A stretch of 64,000 nt of DNA from Bacteriovoracaceae bacterium (GTDB lineage: Bacteria; Bdellovibrionota; Bacteriovoracia; Bacteriovoracales; Bacteriovoracaceae): assembly GCA_048270185.1 (NCBI GenBank), contig JBLWTJ010000002.1, forward strand, positions 562,443 to 626,442, read 5' to 3'. The notes under the pieces were generated by a model that saw only the letters and a list, made by a program, of their open reading frames with translations, searched no databases and had not been told where the DNA came from. Shown piece after piece: positions 49,048 to 59,448 of the stretch (its first letter is position 1; every line of letters starts with the position of its first letter). The position numbers were made by a program, and so were the translations under genes.

Positions 49048-49788
49048 TTAAAATGTATAACCTAATACAGCACCATAAGTAACTTCGTCAGAAGAGTTTT
49101 CATATGAATTACTTAAAGCTGAAAAACCTGTTTCAAATTGAAGATATGCTGAGTCAAAATCAAATCTCACACCAGGTAGAAGTAAGAGAACACTTGGGCT
49201 TTGAGTATCATTATATACCGTAACACCACCTTCTTTAAACTCTCCTTCTGCATCGTATTCCATCCACACAGTATTAAAGTAGAAAAGAACAGACTTACTA
49301 ACTCGATTCCCTATATTTAAAGATAGGCCATAAGAGCGCGCATTTAAAGTTCCTTCATACGTATGAGAAGCAGTTGTTAGTGTACCCTCTTCTTTGTAGC
49401 CAAAACCCAGCTCACCTTGCAGCGAGAGCTTAAGCCCTGTTTGCGAACGATCACCACCTATAAATTGATACTTCACTTTTAAAAGATCTGTTGTATCTGG
49501 AAACGTTTGAATCCCAACATCAAGCTTCTTTGAAAGCCCCATATTGGCCTTAAATGTTCCAAGCGGCTCAGGCCCTGTTACATATTCCGTGGCCACAACA
49601 CCATTAATAATAAAGTCATAGGCCGTCGCAAGGTTAACATCATAACCACTTCCCGCACCAAGAGCTATATCAAACTTTGCAAGATCCCCTGTTACTTCGG
49701 GTGTATCCATTCGATAAGTTGGAATATTGTAGTCAAGCGTTGAACAACTAACGAATGTTAGTAATATTAAAACTGTAATTAATCTCAT
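49048..49788 (-). CDS. Hypothetical lipoprotein with OM beta-barrel features
   Basis: Lipobox FVSC, alternating strands, C-terminal GYTF. Confidence 0.7.
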   Translation of the reverse strand: MRLITVLILLTFVSCSTLDYNIPTYRMDTPEVTGDLAKFDIALGAGSGYDVNLATAYDFIINGVVATEYVTGPEPLGTFKANMGLSKKLDVGIQTFPDTTDLLKVKYQFIGGDRSQTGLKLSLQGELGFGYKEEGTLTTASHTYEGTLNARSYGLSLNIGNRVSKSVLFYFNTVWMEYDAEGEFKEGGVTVYNDTQSPSVLLLLPGVRFDFDSAYLQFETGFSALSNSYENSSDEVTYGAVLGYTF

Positions 49789-49846
49789 ACTCTCTCCGAT
49801 AATTTATTAACTTAATTATATTCGATGTTTGAGATTTTTAAAGTAG

Positions 49847-49876
49847 AAAAAAAAAAGCCCGCATTTAGCGGGCCTT
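49847..49876 (-). terminator. Intrinsic terminator after tig
   Basis: On the minus strand aaggcccgc-taaat-gcgggc then a T10 tract. Confidence 0.85.
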
Positions 49877-49886
49877 AGTATTTGAA

Positions 49887-51167
49887 TTATTTAATTTTTA
49901 ATTCTTCGTGAAGCTTTGCAAAAGTTTTCTCTTCTCTGATTGCATACATAAGGTTTGACTTCATGCGCTCATCTCTTGTGTAGAATTCTTTTACTTGATC
50001 AGCACTTAGACCAGAAAGAGTTGCACTCTCTTCGATCTTAGCTTCAAAATCAGCTTCAGTTGATTCAACGTTGTACTTAGTTGAAAGAGTTTCAAGGATA
50101 AGCCCTGACTTAACTTGGAAAAGAGCTTTAGAATCAAGATCTCCTGCCCATTTCTCAAAGTACTCCCCTAGCATATCTTCAGTGAAACCTTGTTGCTTAA
50201 GGTTATTTGCTAGGTCATTCTTTAGGTGTTCTTTTTGTTGAGCTACCATAGTTGTTGGAACATCAAATGAGTTCTCTTCGATTAGCTTCTCAAGAATCTC
50301 TTGGTTTAGTTTTTCAGCAGCTTGTCTTTCATTTTGTTTAGTTAGGTTTTCTCTAGTTTTTGCAGTGAAATCTTCTACTGAATCAAATCCTAGTTCCTTT
50401 GCTGTTTCATCATTAAAATCTGGAAGTTTTCTTTCTTTGATTTCTAGAAGTTCAACATGAAATTTAACTTTTGCTTCTTTAAGCTCTTCAACGTGGTACT
50501 CAGCTGGGAAAGTTACTTCAAGAGTCTTTTTCTCACCTGCTGCCATACCAATCATTTGTTCTTCAAATCCTGGGATAAATTGACCAGAACCGATTTCAAG
50601 AAGGTATTCTTCACCTTTCATATTTTCAGGTTTTTCACCATCAGCTTTTTCACCTTCGAAATTCATTACTGCAAATAAACCGTTAGCAAGTTTAGTTCCC
50701 TCAGCAGCTTCTACCATTTCAGCTTTTGGAGCTAAGTAGTTTGTACGAACTTTTTCGATATCTTCATCAGTTACTTCAACTTTATCTTTTTTGAAAGAAA
50801 GTTTAGAGAAGTCTTTTAGTTCTACTGTTGGGAAAATTTCAACAACAGCGTCAAAAGAAACTGACTTTCCATCTTTGTAATCCATATTTTCAAAGTTAGG
50901 GTAACCTACAACTTTAAGTTCTTCTTTGTTGATTGCTTCAAAAAGTTCTTTTTGAACGAAACGATTTAATGCATCACCTTCAACTTGTGGACGATATAGC
51001 TTTTCAACCATAGCGATTGGTGCCTTACCTTTTCTGAAACCTTTGATTGAAACAGATTTTTGTTTTTCTTTAAGAGCTACAGTAATTTGCTCAGAAAGAT
51101 CTAGGTTATCAAATGTAAAAGATAATTTCTTTGTGCAGTCATTAACTTGTTCTACTTTATAAGTCAT
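49887..51167 (-). CDS. tig: Trigger factor
   Basis: GFRKGKAP signature; FKBP domain IGSGQFIPGFEEQ. Confidence 0.97.
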   Translation of the reverse strand: MTYKVEQVNDCTKKLSFTFDNLDLSEQITVALKEKQKSVSIKGFRKGKAPIAMVEKLYRPQVEGDALNRFVQKELFEAINKEELKVVGYPNFENMDYKDGKSVSFDAVVEIFPTVELKDFSKLSFKKDKVEVTDEDIEKVRTNYLAPKAEMVEAAEGTKLANGLFAVMNFEGEKADGEKPENMKGEEYLLEIGSGQFIPGFEEQMIGMAAGEKKTLEVTFPAEYHVEELKEAKVKFHVELLEIKERKLPDFNDETAKELGFDSVEDFTAKTRENLTKQNERQAAEKLNQEILEKLIEENSFDVPTTMVAQQKEHLKNDLANNLKQQGFTEDMLGEYFEKWAGDLDSKALFQVKSGLILETLSTKYNVESTEADFEAKIEESATLSGLSADQVKEFYTRDERMKSNLMYAIREEKTFAKLHEELKIK

Positions 51168-51217
51168 GAATAAATCCTCACTTCGCTATGCGACAATATT
51201 ATAATTATGAATAGCCG

Positions 51218-51246
51218 AAGTTAGCGATATTAGGACAAAAAGTCAA
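51218..51246 (-). promoter_or_regulatory. Candidate sigma70 promoter of tig
   Basis: TTGACT-N17-TAACTT on the minus strand. Confidence 0.55.
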
Positions 51247-51268
51247 TGAAATGGGCGTAAAAGAAAGC

Positions 51269-52036
51269 TTATTCGTAGTCGACGTGATGAAGATATAGGC
51301 CATTGGGAGGAGCTGTTGGAGCTAGTTTTGAGGCATCTGGGTGAGTGAATTGATTCTCGATATCGCCCTTAGATATTTTACCTTCAGCGTATGACCAAAC
51401 TGCCGACACAATGAGTCTAACCATTTGCTTTAAGAAGCCTGAGCCCTTAATTTCAAATAGATAGACTTGCTCAGAAAGCCCAGCACCATATGAGAGAGTG
51501 GTTTCAGACACGCTGCAGCTTTTTATCTTTCTAACTGTTGTTTTAACTGGTGTTCCCTTAGTCGAAAAACCAACAAAGTCATGCTCACCTTGAAAGATTA
51601 CACAGGCCTCTCTTAATTTTTCTAAATTTAATTCTTTACCAAGATAAGTCACATAGTCTTTAAGAAATGGATTAATATCTTTTTTTGGACTAAATAAGTA
51701 TCGATATGTTTTTAATTTCGCATCATAGACAGGTTGAAAGTCTTCATTACAAGACTCACAACTTATGGCCCTAATATCAAGAGGAAGCAGACTATTTAAT
51801 GCTTTTCTTAATTCCTCAGGCCCAATATTAATTGGCATTGTTAGACGAGTAATCTGGCAAGTTGCATGAACTCCGGTATCCGTTCTCCCACAACCAACGA
51901 CTTGTATATCTTGAGATTTTGATAATTTAATGAGAACTTTCTCTATCTCACCTTGAATAGTTCTTTGATCAACTTGCTTCTGCCAACCAAAGTATTTCGA
52001 GCCATCATAAGAAAAAGTCGTCTTATAAATACTCAA
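51269..52036 (-). CDS. truA: tRNA pseudouridine(38-40) synthase
   Basis: YDGSKYFGWQ, GRTDTGVHA, GFLKQMVR, APPNGLYL. Confidence 0.96.
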   Translation of the reverse strand: MSIYKTTFSYDGSKYFGWQKQVDQRTIQGEIEKVLIKLSKSQDIQVVGCGRTDTGVHATCQITRLTMPINIGPEELRKALNSLLPLDIRAISCESCNEDFQPVYDAKLKTYRYLFSPKKDINPFLKDYVTYLGKELNLEKLREACVIFQGEHDFVGFSTKGTPVKTTVRKIKSCSVSETTLSYGAGLSEQVYLFEIKGSGFLKQMVRLIVSAVWSYAEGKISKGDIENQFTHPDASKLAPTAPPNGLYLHHVDYE

Positions 52037-52979
52037 AGTTGAAACCTATACCAAAAGAAGCTCCACTTACTTCGAAATCTTCTTTTTTAAAGCCAGAAAT
52101 AGACATGGTACGAGCAATCAAACTGATACTCATATCTGTAACCTCACTCGATCTTTTTAAATCCATACCAAAGCCTGGAAACATATTAAAAATCGAAAAG
52201 TCGACAGATGCACTTGCATTGTAACCATAGCCAACTTGCTTCACATCCTTACCATCTTCGCCATCGACACGATCATCACGATTTTGCCAAATAGGTGCAA
52301 TCGTTGGTCCACCTTGGAAAGATAGAGCAATACTTCTTCCCATATTGATTTTAGCACCAATATTTAAGTCGATAGGAAATAGCCAAAGAGCGAATTTAGT
52401 CTTTGATACACTTGACCCATCTGCAAATGAAGCAAAACCAGAGTTATAAGAAGCCCCCAAGTTTCCTTGAAAGAAAGTTGAGACAATATTTCTTTGGATA
52501 TAGTGCTTATAATTTAGTGTTAGGTATCCAGCTTGTAACGATTTCGAAGCAGGATTTTCACTATTAAAAGTTCTTTGAAAGACACCGGTCGTATCTGAAT
52601 AATCGTAAGTATCGTAAAAGTAACTAAAGCCTATTTGTGAATCTGATTTTTGATAGTAATCCTTAACCTGATCTTGTGACCTATATTCAACATACCCATT
52701 TGGACTTGGGTCGATTAGAATCGAACCTTCTTCAGATGTAGTTTTTAGCCACTCTTTGTCTTGCTCAGACATTTGAGCATCTTTTAATTCTTCTTCAGTA
52801 TATTGCTGAGGAATTCCACCGATAATATCAGGAAAAGCTTCGTCATTATTTTTATAATTACTGTCTGCGTATGGAGAATCTTTCTCGTCTAATTGTCCAG
52901 GCATCGTCTGGCCATAATCTTGAGCACTAGCTCCAATATTAACTACTAATAATAAAAGAAGTAATTTCTTAAGACTCAT
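52023..52979 (-). CDS. Exported hypothetical protein with a C-terminal beta-barrel-like region
   Basis: Start reassigned to ATG 52979 (MSLKKLLL, SD gagg); ends GIGFNFEYL. Confidence 0.7.
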   Translation of the reverse strand: MSLKKLLLLLLVVNIGASAQDYGQTMPGQLDEKDSPYADSNYKNNDEAFPDIIGGIPQQYTEEELKDAQMSEQDKEWLKTTSEEGSILIDPSPNGYVEYRSQDQVKDYYQKSDSQIGFSYFYDTYDYSDTTGVFQRTFNSENPASKSLQAGYLTLNYKHYIQRNIVSTFFQGNLGASYNSGFASFADGSSVSKTKFALWLFPIDLNIGAKINMGRSIALSFQGGPTIAPIWQNRDDRVDGEDGKDVKQVGYGYNASASVDFSIFNMFPGFGMDLKRSSEVTDMSISLIARTMSISGFKKEDFEVSGASFGIGFNFEYL

Positions 52980-53730
52980 CCTGATCCTCTTTATCTTCCC
53001 AATCAAAAATTTCGATTTTAGTGTCTTTATTAAATATATTATACACTAAACATCCAACGACATAGGTAGAAATGAGTACAAAAATCATTAATTGCTCATA
53101 AATAAAGATTAAAGCGAAGATCAAAAGAATTAGCCCCAGTACCTTTCGACGATTTCTTCTAACGTATTCTGATTTTTTAAAAGAATTGAAAGGAATATTT
53201 GAGACCATTAGTAGGGAATAGAAAATAACATAAACAGCAGCGTAGTAACTCTTATATGGACCAAAATCAAACTCAAGAGTGATCATAATAAATCCAATGA
53301 TCGCAATTGCAGCTCCAGGGATCGGTAGGCCTTGAAAGTAATTTGAAGGAACTTTTGAAATATTTGCATTAAAACGCGCAAGCCTTAAAGCTCCACATAG
53401 AAGATAAAAGAATGCGATGACCATCCCAGGACGCCCTAAGTGCTGGAAGTATTTAAAATAAATAATTAAAGCAGGGGCCATACCAAACGATATGACATCA
53501 CTGATCGAATCAAATTGTTCTCCAAATTGAGATTGCGTTCCAGTTAGTCTGGCAATTCTTCCATCAACACTATCAAATACTGCTCCTAAAATAAGAAGCA
53601 TACAAGCCGGATAGAAAACACCTTTTGTGGCCAAAATAATTGCGGCAAAGCCACACCCCATATTAAGGGCAGTAAAAGTATTTGGAAGAAAGAAAGTTAA
53701 TTTATGTGGTTGTCCATCGTACTTAGTCAT
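52969..53730 (-). CDS. pssA: CDP-diacylglycerol--serine O-phosphatidyltransferase
   Basis: PNTFT, DSVDGRIAR...FGEQFDSISD, RLARFN, FQGLPIP. Confidence 0.93.
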   Translation of the reverse strand: MTKYDGQPHKLTFFLPNTFTALNMGCGFAAIILATKGVFYPACMLLILGAVFDSVDGRIARLTGTQSQFGEQFDSISDVISFGMAPALIIYFKYFQHLGRPGMVIAFFYLLCGALRLARFNANISKVPSNYFQGLPIPGAAIAIIGFIMITLEFDFGPYKSYYAAVYVIFYSLLMVSNIPFNSFKKSEYVRRNRRKVLGLILLIFALIFIYEQLMIFVLISTYVVGCLVYNIFNKDTKIEIFDWEDKEDQDES

Positions 53731-54319
53731 GGTTTTCCTCTAAGAAGCGAGCAATAATAGTTTCACCGCCTCTGACATGATCATTAATATTAACAAGGTT
53801 TTGAGTGTTATCCACTTGCATCTTAACAGTTGCAGCAAATGGATAAAAACCGATATCAACTTGTCGGCGCCCAATATCCCCAGGCATAATAACTAATTCT
53901 GGATCTCTTTTAAATCTTGAATTAGTAAAAAATAGTCTTATTTTTCTCTCTAGCTGATCTTCTAGAGTTACCTTCGTTCCAAAATTCTTATCATTGAAAA
54001 CAACATTATTTACACGAGAAGAGATTGGTAAATAAATCCCAAAACCACTAAAGAGATTCATTTTAATTGTAATTTCATTTAACTTTCCATCTCGCGATTC
54101 AACATGAACAACCCTGCCTGTGACAGGAGCGTAAATCGAGCCCTGTGTTGTCACTTGATCCTCTTTAAAGAAGTTAAATTTTCTTCTAAACAAGAACAGA
54201 AAAAGAGCAATGATAATGAAGTAAAAAAGAAAAACAATAAATCCAAAGAGCAGCAGAATTAGAAATGCCACTACGATCATAAAGTTAATTGTCGACTTTG
54301 ATAGATAAAATAATTTCAC
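53723..54319 (-). CDS. Phosphatidylserine decarboxylase-like protein, catalytic motifs degenerate
   Basis: FLFRR, IYAPVTGRV, VRGGETII; coupled to pssA; GS(T) cleavage motif reads FAATV. Confidence 0.7.
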   Translation of the reverse strand: MKLFYLSKSTINFMIVVAFLILLLFGFIVFLFYFIIIALFLFLFRRKFNFFKEDQVTTQGSIYAPVTGRVVHVESRDGKLNEITIKMNLFSGFGIYLPISSRVNNVVFNDKNFGTKVTLEDQLERKIRLFFTNSRFKRDPELVIMPGDIGRRQVDIGFYPFAATVKMQVDNTQNLVNINDHVRGGETIIARFLEENHD

Positions 54320-54355
54320 TTGAATAATTTAGCAATATTACACTGACATGTCATA

Positions 54356-54952
54356 CTAAGACTTTTTAAATTCCACATCCAAAGGTCTAAAATAATAAGG
54401 TTTCTGTCTAAGCTTCTTTGTAACCACGGCCTTGAATATAGACTCGGGACTTGAAATAAGAAGATCGCGAGTATTTCTGTCACACTTTTCACTTAGCTCA
54501 TTAATACCATGGGTATATAGTTGCGACTTATCAACAATATCCGAGCAAAAAGCTTGGAAATCACTCTCATTTAAAAGTTTTTCACCATCACTTGTACGAA
54601 TATAATACTCTTTTTTAAATGCTGGAAACATCCAATAATAAGTCTCTTCCCCCAGAATACCTGGAATATCAGAGCTATAGAATGAGTAGACTTCAATTTG
54701 ATTTAATTCAAAGATCTGAGCAAAACCTTCGCCGACTCTCATCCCAGTATATGAACCTGGGCCTGCAATTGTAATCAAAGATTTAACAGAATCAATCTCA
54801 AGATTATTATGAGTTAGCATATTCAGAATTTCTTCATGAAGAACTTCCGAAGTTTTCTTGGTCTCTAAGACTTTATTATCAATCCACTTGTAGTTATCAT
54901 CAAGAATTCCAAAGTGAAGTAAGTGTGATGTATCAACAAATAAATGTGCCAT
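54356..54952 (-). CDS. tsaB: t6A biosynthesis protein TsaB-like
   Basis: LFVDTS, GPGSYTGMRVG, C-terminal PYY. Confidence 0.85.
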   Translation of the reverse strand: MAHLFVDTSHLLHFGILDDNYKWIDNKVLETKKTSEVLHEEILNMLTHNNLEIDSVKSLITIAGPGSYTGMRVGEGFAQIFELNQIEVYSFYSSDIPGILGEETYYWMFPAFKKEYYIRTSDGEKLLNESDFQAFCSDIVDKSQLYTHGINELSEKCDRNTRDLLISSPESIFKAVVTKKLRQKPYYFRPLDVEFKKS

Positions 54953-56502
54953 TAAAAGAATCGTGTAAAATCGTTAAATAATGCACCTATCATAAGGAGC
55001 AATAATATTGATAAACCAAACTGCTGAGCAATCTCAAGCTTACGACGTGATAATGGGCCACCATTAATCGTTTCAAGGATAAGAAATACTATATGTCCCC
55101 CATCAAGAACCGGTATTGGGAATAAGTTAATTACACCAAGATTAATTGAAATTAACGCCATTAACTGAAAGAAGTATGAGATTGAAGTATTAAATGAATC
55201 CGAGGCCACTTTACCAATTGAGAGAGGACCACCAATATTCTTTAACGATACTTCTGCTGTGATCAGCTTTTTAAAGCCTTCGAAAGTTTTAACGACTCCA
55301 TCCCAAGTACGATAAAAACTTCTTGGAATTGCAGCAAAGAAGTTCATCGATTCTGTTGTTACGTACTTTCCAGGAGCATAAATACCATGGCTATAAACAC
55401 CAATTAGTTTAACCGTATGTCCATTTTCAGTTTTTACATCAGGAGTGATACTAAACTTCTTTAACTCTCCATTTCTTATAACATTTAATGAAGCCGCTCC
55501 TTCACTCTTTTGAATTTCACCACGAAGCTTATCAAAAGATTCAACTTCGACTTCATTTACTTTAATAATAATATCGCCAGCAATAAGTCCCGCTTTATCA
55601 GCAGGAGACTTCATTTGAACACTTTTAACCACAAGATCCATTGGGTAATAGCCTTCTTTTAAAAGTGCTGACTTAAACCCATTTGAAATATTAATTTCAG
55701 CAACCGACTTTGCATCATTTTTAAAGATTGGCTTACTTGTTTCCTTATCAATTGATAGCACAGGAAAGAGATGGACTGTTGTTGTTCCAATAGCAAGTTC
55801 TTCTAAGCTATATTGAATACTTGGTCTGTCTTCATTAGAGACAATAAATAAGTCACCCTTTGATGATTTAACAATTGGAAGCAATAGGAAAGGAGGGTAC
55901 TCCACAAGCTCTTCAAAGAATTGTTCAGGCTTCATATCAACTGTCACCTTCTTAGACTCTCCAAGACGACTAACGGTAATTGAATGAATATGTCCATCAC
56001 TCTCTAAAACGATATCACTTGGAGAAGTTATACGATGTTCATTTACCATGTCGACGACATCACCACTTCTGAAACCCAATTGATAGAATTTTGATTCTGT
56101 CGTCACATTACCAATTTTAATTTCAGGAACTTTCTCTCCAGTAAGAAATAAAGCAAAGAAAATAAAGAAAGCAAGAATGAAGTTAGCAAGTGGACCACCA
56201 AAGACAATCCAAAATCTTTGCCATTTCTTTTTATGAATAAATGAAAATTTCTTTTCTTCTTCAGAAATACCATTTTCATTAAATGGATCATCTCCAAACA
56301 TTTTCACATATCCACCAAGCGGGATAAGAGAAAATGCATACTCAGTGTCACCTTTTTTCCACTTAAAAAGCTTTGGTCCAAATCCTATTGAAAAAACTTC
56401 AACACGAACACCAAAGAGGCGTGCAAATAAAAAATGACCTAGCTCGTGAAAAAATACTAGTGGTCCAAGAAATAAAATAAATATAACAACTTTTTCTAAC
56501 AT
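54952..56502 (-). CDS. rseP: Site-2 intramembrane metalloprotease with PDZ domains
   Basis: HELGH, FSIGFG, PLGGYV, NLFPIPVLDGG. Confidence 0.96.
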   Translation of the reverse strand: MLEKVVIFILFLGPLVFFHELGHFLFARLFGVRVEVFSIGFGPKLFKWKKGDTEYAFSLIPLGGYVKMFGDDPFNENGISEEEKKFSFIHKKKWQRFWIVFGGPLANFILAFFIFFALFLTGEKVPEIKIGNVTTESKFYQLGFRSGDVVDMVNEHRITSPSDIVLESDGHIHSITVSRLGESKKVTVDMKPEQFFEELVEYPPFLLLPIVKSSKGDLFIVSNEDRPSIQYSLEELAIGTTTVHLFPVLSIDKETSKPIFKNDAKSVAEINISNGFKSALLKEGYYPMDLVVKSVQMKSPADKAGLIAGDIIIKVNEVEVESFDKLRGEIQKSEGAASLNVIRNGELKKFSITPDVKTENGHTVKLIGVYSHGIYAPGKYVTTESMNFFAAIPRSFYRTWDGVVKTFEGFKKLITAEVSLKNIGGPLSIGKVASDSFNTSISYFFQLMALISINLGVINLFPIPVLDGGHIVFLILETINGGPLSRRKLEIAQQFGLSILLLLMIGALFNDFTRFF

Positions 56503-56510
56503 GATTACCC

Positions 56511-57329
56511 TTATAAAATATTGTAACTAAGTAAAAGTGTATAAAATGGAATAACGAATAAGAGACTATCAACTCGATCGTAAACTCCACCATGCCCAGG
56601 TATTAAATTTGAGCTATCTTTCACACCAATTTGTCTCTTTATCTTAGACTGAATGAGGTCACCAACCTGACTCAGAAGTCCTAAAATAAAGAATATAGGT
56701 ACATATTTTACACTAAAATCACCTATTAAATAATACCAACCTAAAGTTCCCAGTACAGCAGAGGTAAATGCTCCACCAATAAGCCCTTCAATTGTTTTAT
56801 TAGGACTAACGACAGGCCATAACTTATGTTTTCCAAAGTTTTTACCAAAGAACCAGGCTCCACTATCCATTCCAAAATTAAAGACAAGGAGAATTACAAC
56901 TAATCCCTGCCACTGTTCATGATTGACAATAGTATATAGGTTCATAAATGGAACAAGGAGCATTACCATTCCCAATGTTGAGAATTTCCTTAGTAATCCC
57001 ATGAAACCAAGAGACTCCATCGAAGAAATAAATAGATACCCCATAAGAATTAAGTTAATGAAACATCCAATTAGGGGAATCGATGAGTGCGTAAAAATAC
57101 TTGGGTTCAAAACACCCCAAAGTTGAATACCAAAGAGTGCCGCAAAGTTTAAAACACTAATTGGGTGGAAGAGCTTCACTTTTAAGAAGTTTACTGAGAA
57201 CTCGTAGAAACAAAGAATACTTATTAATAAGAGTAGAATTTCAATACCGATAGTACCTACTGAATATGCAATGGCCACAATCCCAATCATGACAAGTGCC
57301 GATAGGATTCTTTTCTGAGTATTTGTCAT
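56511..57329 (-). CDS. cdsA: Phosphatidate cytidylyltransferase
   Basis: SPNKTIEG, KDSSNLIPGHGGVYDRVDS. Confidence 0.96.
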   Translation of the reverse strand: MTNTQKRILSALVMIGIVAIAYSVGTIGIEILLLLISILCFYEFSVNFLKVKLFHPISVLNFAALFGIQLWGVLNPSIFTHSSIPLIGCFINLILMGYLFISSMESLGFMGLLRKFSTLGMVMLLVPFMNLYTIVNHEQWQGLVVILLVFNFGMDSGAWFFGKNFGKHKLWPVVSPNKTIEGLIGGAFTSAVLGTLGWYYLIGDFSVKYVPIFFILGLLSQVGDLIQSKIKRQIGVKDSSNLIPGHGGVYDRVDSLLFVIPFYTLLLSYNIL

Positions 57330-57340
57330 TTAAATTCCGT

Positions 57341-58093
57341 TTAATTAATCAATCTAATATTACTTTTTACTTTGCTCTTTGAAGCTTCTAAAGACTCAGT
57401 TTCACAAACTTGCCCAAAACGCCTTTCACGTTTTTCAACTTTATGAATGATCTCTTCAAATTCCTTGCAAGTAAAATTTGGCCACATCGTATCAGTAAAG
57501 TACAACTCACCATAGGCGATTTGCCAAAGTAGAAAATTAGAGATTCTCTGATCGCCACCAGTTCTAATCATTAGATCAACATCACCAAGCTCAGGTGCAT
57601 GAAGGGCCTGAGAAATACTTTCTTCTGTCACTTCAATATCTTCTGCAATTAGTTTATTTACAGCACTTATAATTTCAGCTCGCCCACCGTACCCAAAGGC
57701 AAATGTTAGCTTAAGCCCAGTATTATTTGCAGAATCATATTTCAAATTTTCAATTATTTCGATTGTATCTTTTGGAAGCTTGGAAATATCACCAATAATA
57801 TTGAATTTAATATTATTTTTAAGAACACGTTTTCTTTCTTTAATTAAAAATTTCTTTAAAAGTAGAAAGAGTGTACGAATCTCTGAAGGAGGTCTCCCCC
57901 AGTTCTCTGTTGAGAATGCATAAAGAGTTAAAGCCTTAATCCCTAAATCATCTGCCTTTTCAACAATGTCAGTTACAACCGAGCTTCCTCTAACATGTCC
58001 CCATACACGACGGTGAGCGCGGTTCTGTGCCCAGCGCCCATTGCCGTCCATAATAATTGCAACATGTTTAAGTTTAGATTCAGCTCGACTCAT
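57341..58093 (-). CDS. uppS: Undecaprenyl diphosphate synthase
   Basis: HVAIIMDGNGRWA, AFSTENW, RTGGDQRISNF. Confidence 0.97.
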   Translation of the reverse strand: MSRAESKLKHVAIIMDGNGRWAQNRAHRRVWGHVRGSSVVTDIVEKADDLGIKALTLYAFSTENWGRPPSEIRTLFLLLKKFLIKERKRVLKNNIKFNIIGDISKLPKDTIEIIENLKYDSANNTGLKLTFAFGYGGRAEIISAVNKLIAEDIEVTEESISQALHAPELGDVDLMIRTGGDQRISNFLLWQIAYGELYFTDTMWPNFTCKEFEEIIHKVEKRERRFGQVCETESLEASKSKVKSNIRLIN

Positions 58094-58100
58094 AATTTTC

Positions 58101-58658
58101 TTATAGAGTTAGAAGCTCTTTTTCTTTTCCTGCAACGATTTCATCTACTTGCTTAGTATACTTATCTGTAACAGTTTGAACTTCTGCTTGAAATTTCTTT
58201 GAATCATCTTCTGAAATTTCTTTATCTTTTTCTGCTTTCTTGATCGTTTCATTACCATCACGACGTGCATTTCTGATTTGAATTTTAGAATCTTCACCGA
58301 TCTTTTTAATTTCTTTAACTTGATCTCTTCTTGTTTCCTCTGTCAGTGCCGGGAAAGCAATTCTGATTAAGTTACCATCATTAGACGGGTTAAGACCTAG
58401 GTTAGCATTGATGATAGATTTTTCAATTTCACTGATAAGTGTTTTATCAAATGGTTGAATTTGTAGAAGCCTTGCTTCTGGTGTTGAAATTTGACCGACC
58501 TGATTTACTGGAGTTGGAGAACCATAGTAATCTACAGTTACACCATCTAAAACAGAAGCCGAAGCGCGACCTGTTCTAACTTTAGTAAGTTGGTGCTTAA
58601 GTGAATCAATTGCTTTTGACATATCTGATTCAAGTGAAGCTTTAATTTCATTAATCAT
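58101..58658 (-). CDS. frr: Ribosome recycling factor
   Basis: VRTGRAS, VDYYG, LGLNP, IRNARRD. Confidence 0.98.
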   Translation of the reverse strand: MINEIKASLESDMSKAIDSLKHQLTKVRTGRASASVLDGVTVDYYGSPTPVNQVGQISTPEARLLQIQPFDKTLISEIEKSIINANLGLNPSNDGNLIRIAFPALTEETRRDQVKEIKKIGEDSKIQIRNARRDGNETIKKAEKDKEISEDDSKKFQAEVQTVTDKYTKQVDEIVAGKEKELLTL

Positions 58659-58667
58659 ATAAACCTC

Positions 58668-59435
<768 letters not shown>

Positions 59436-59448
59436 TTAGTAATTAATT

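Noticed and set aside
51168..51268. tRNA upstream of tig
   Set aside because: No cloverleaf or T-loop motif; the region fits a promoter and leader
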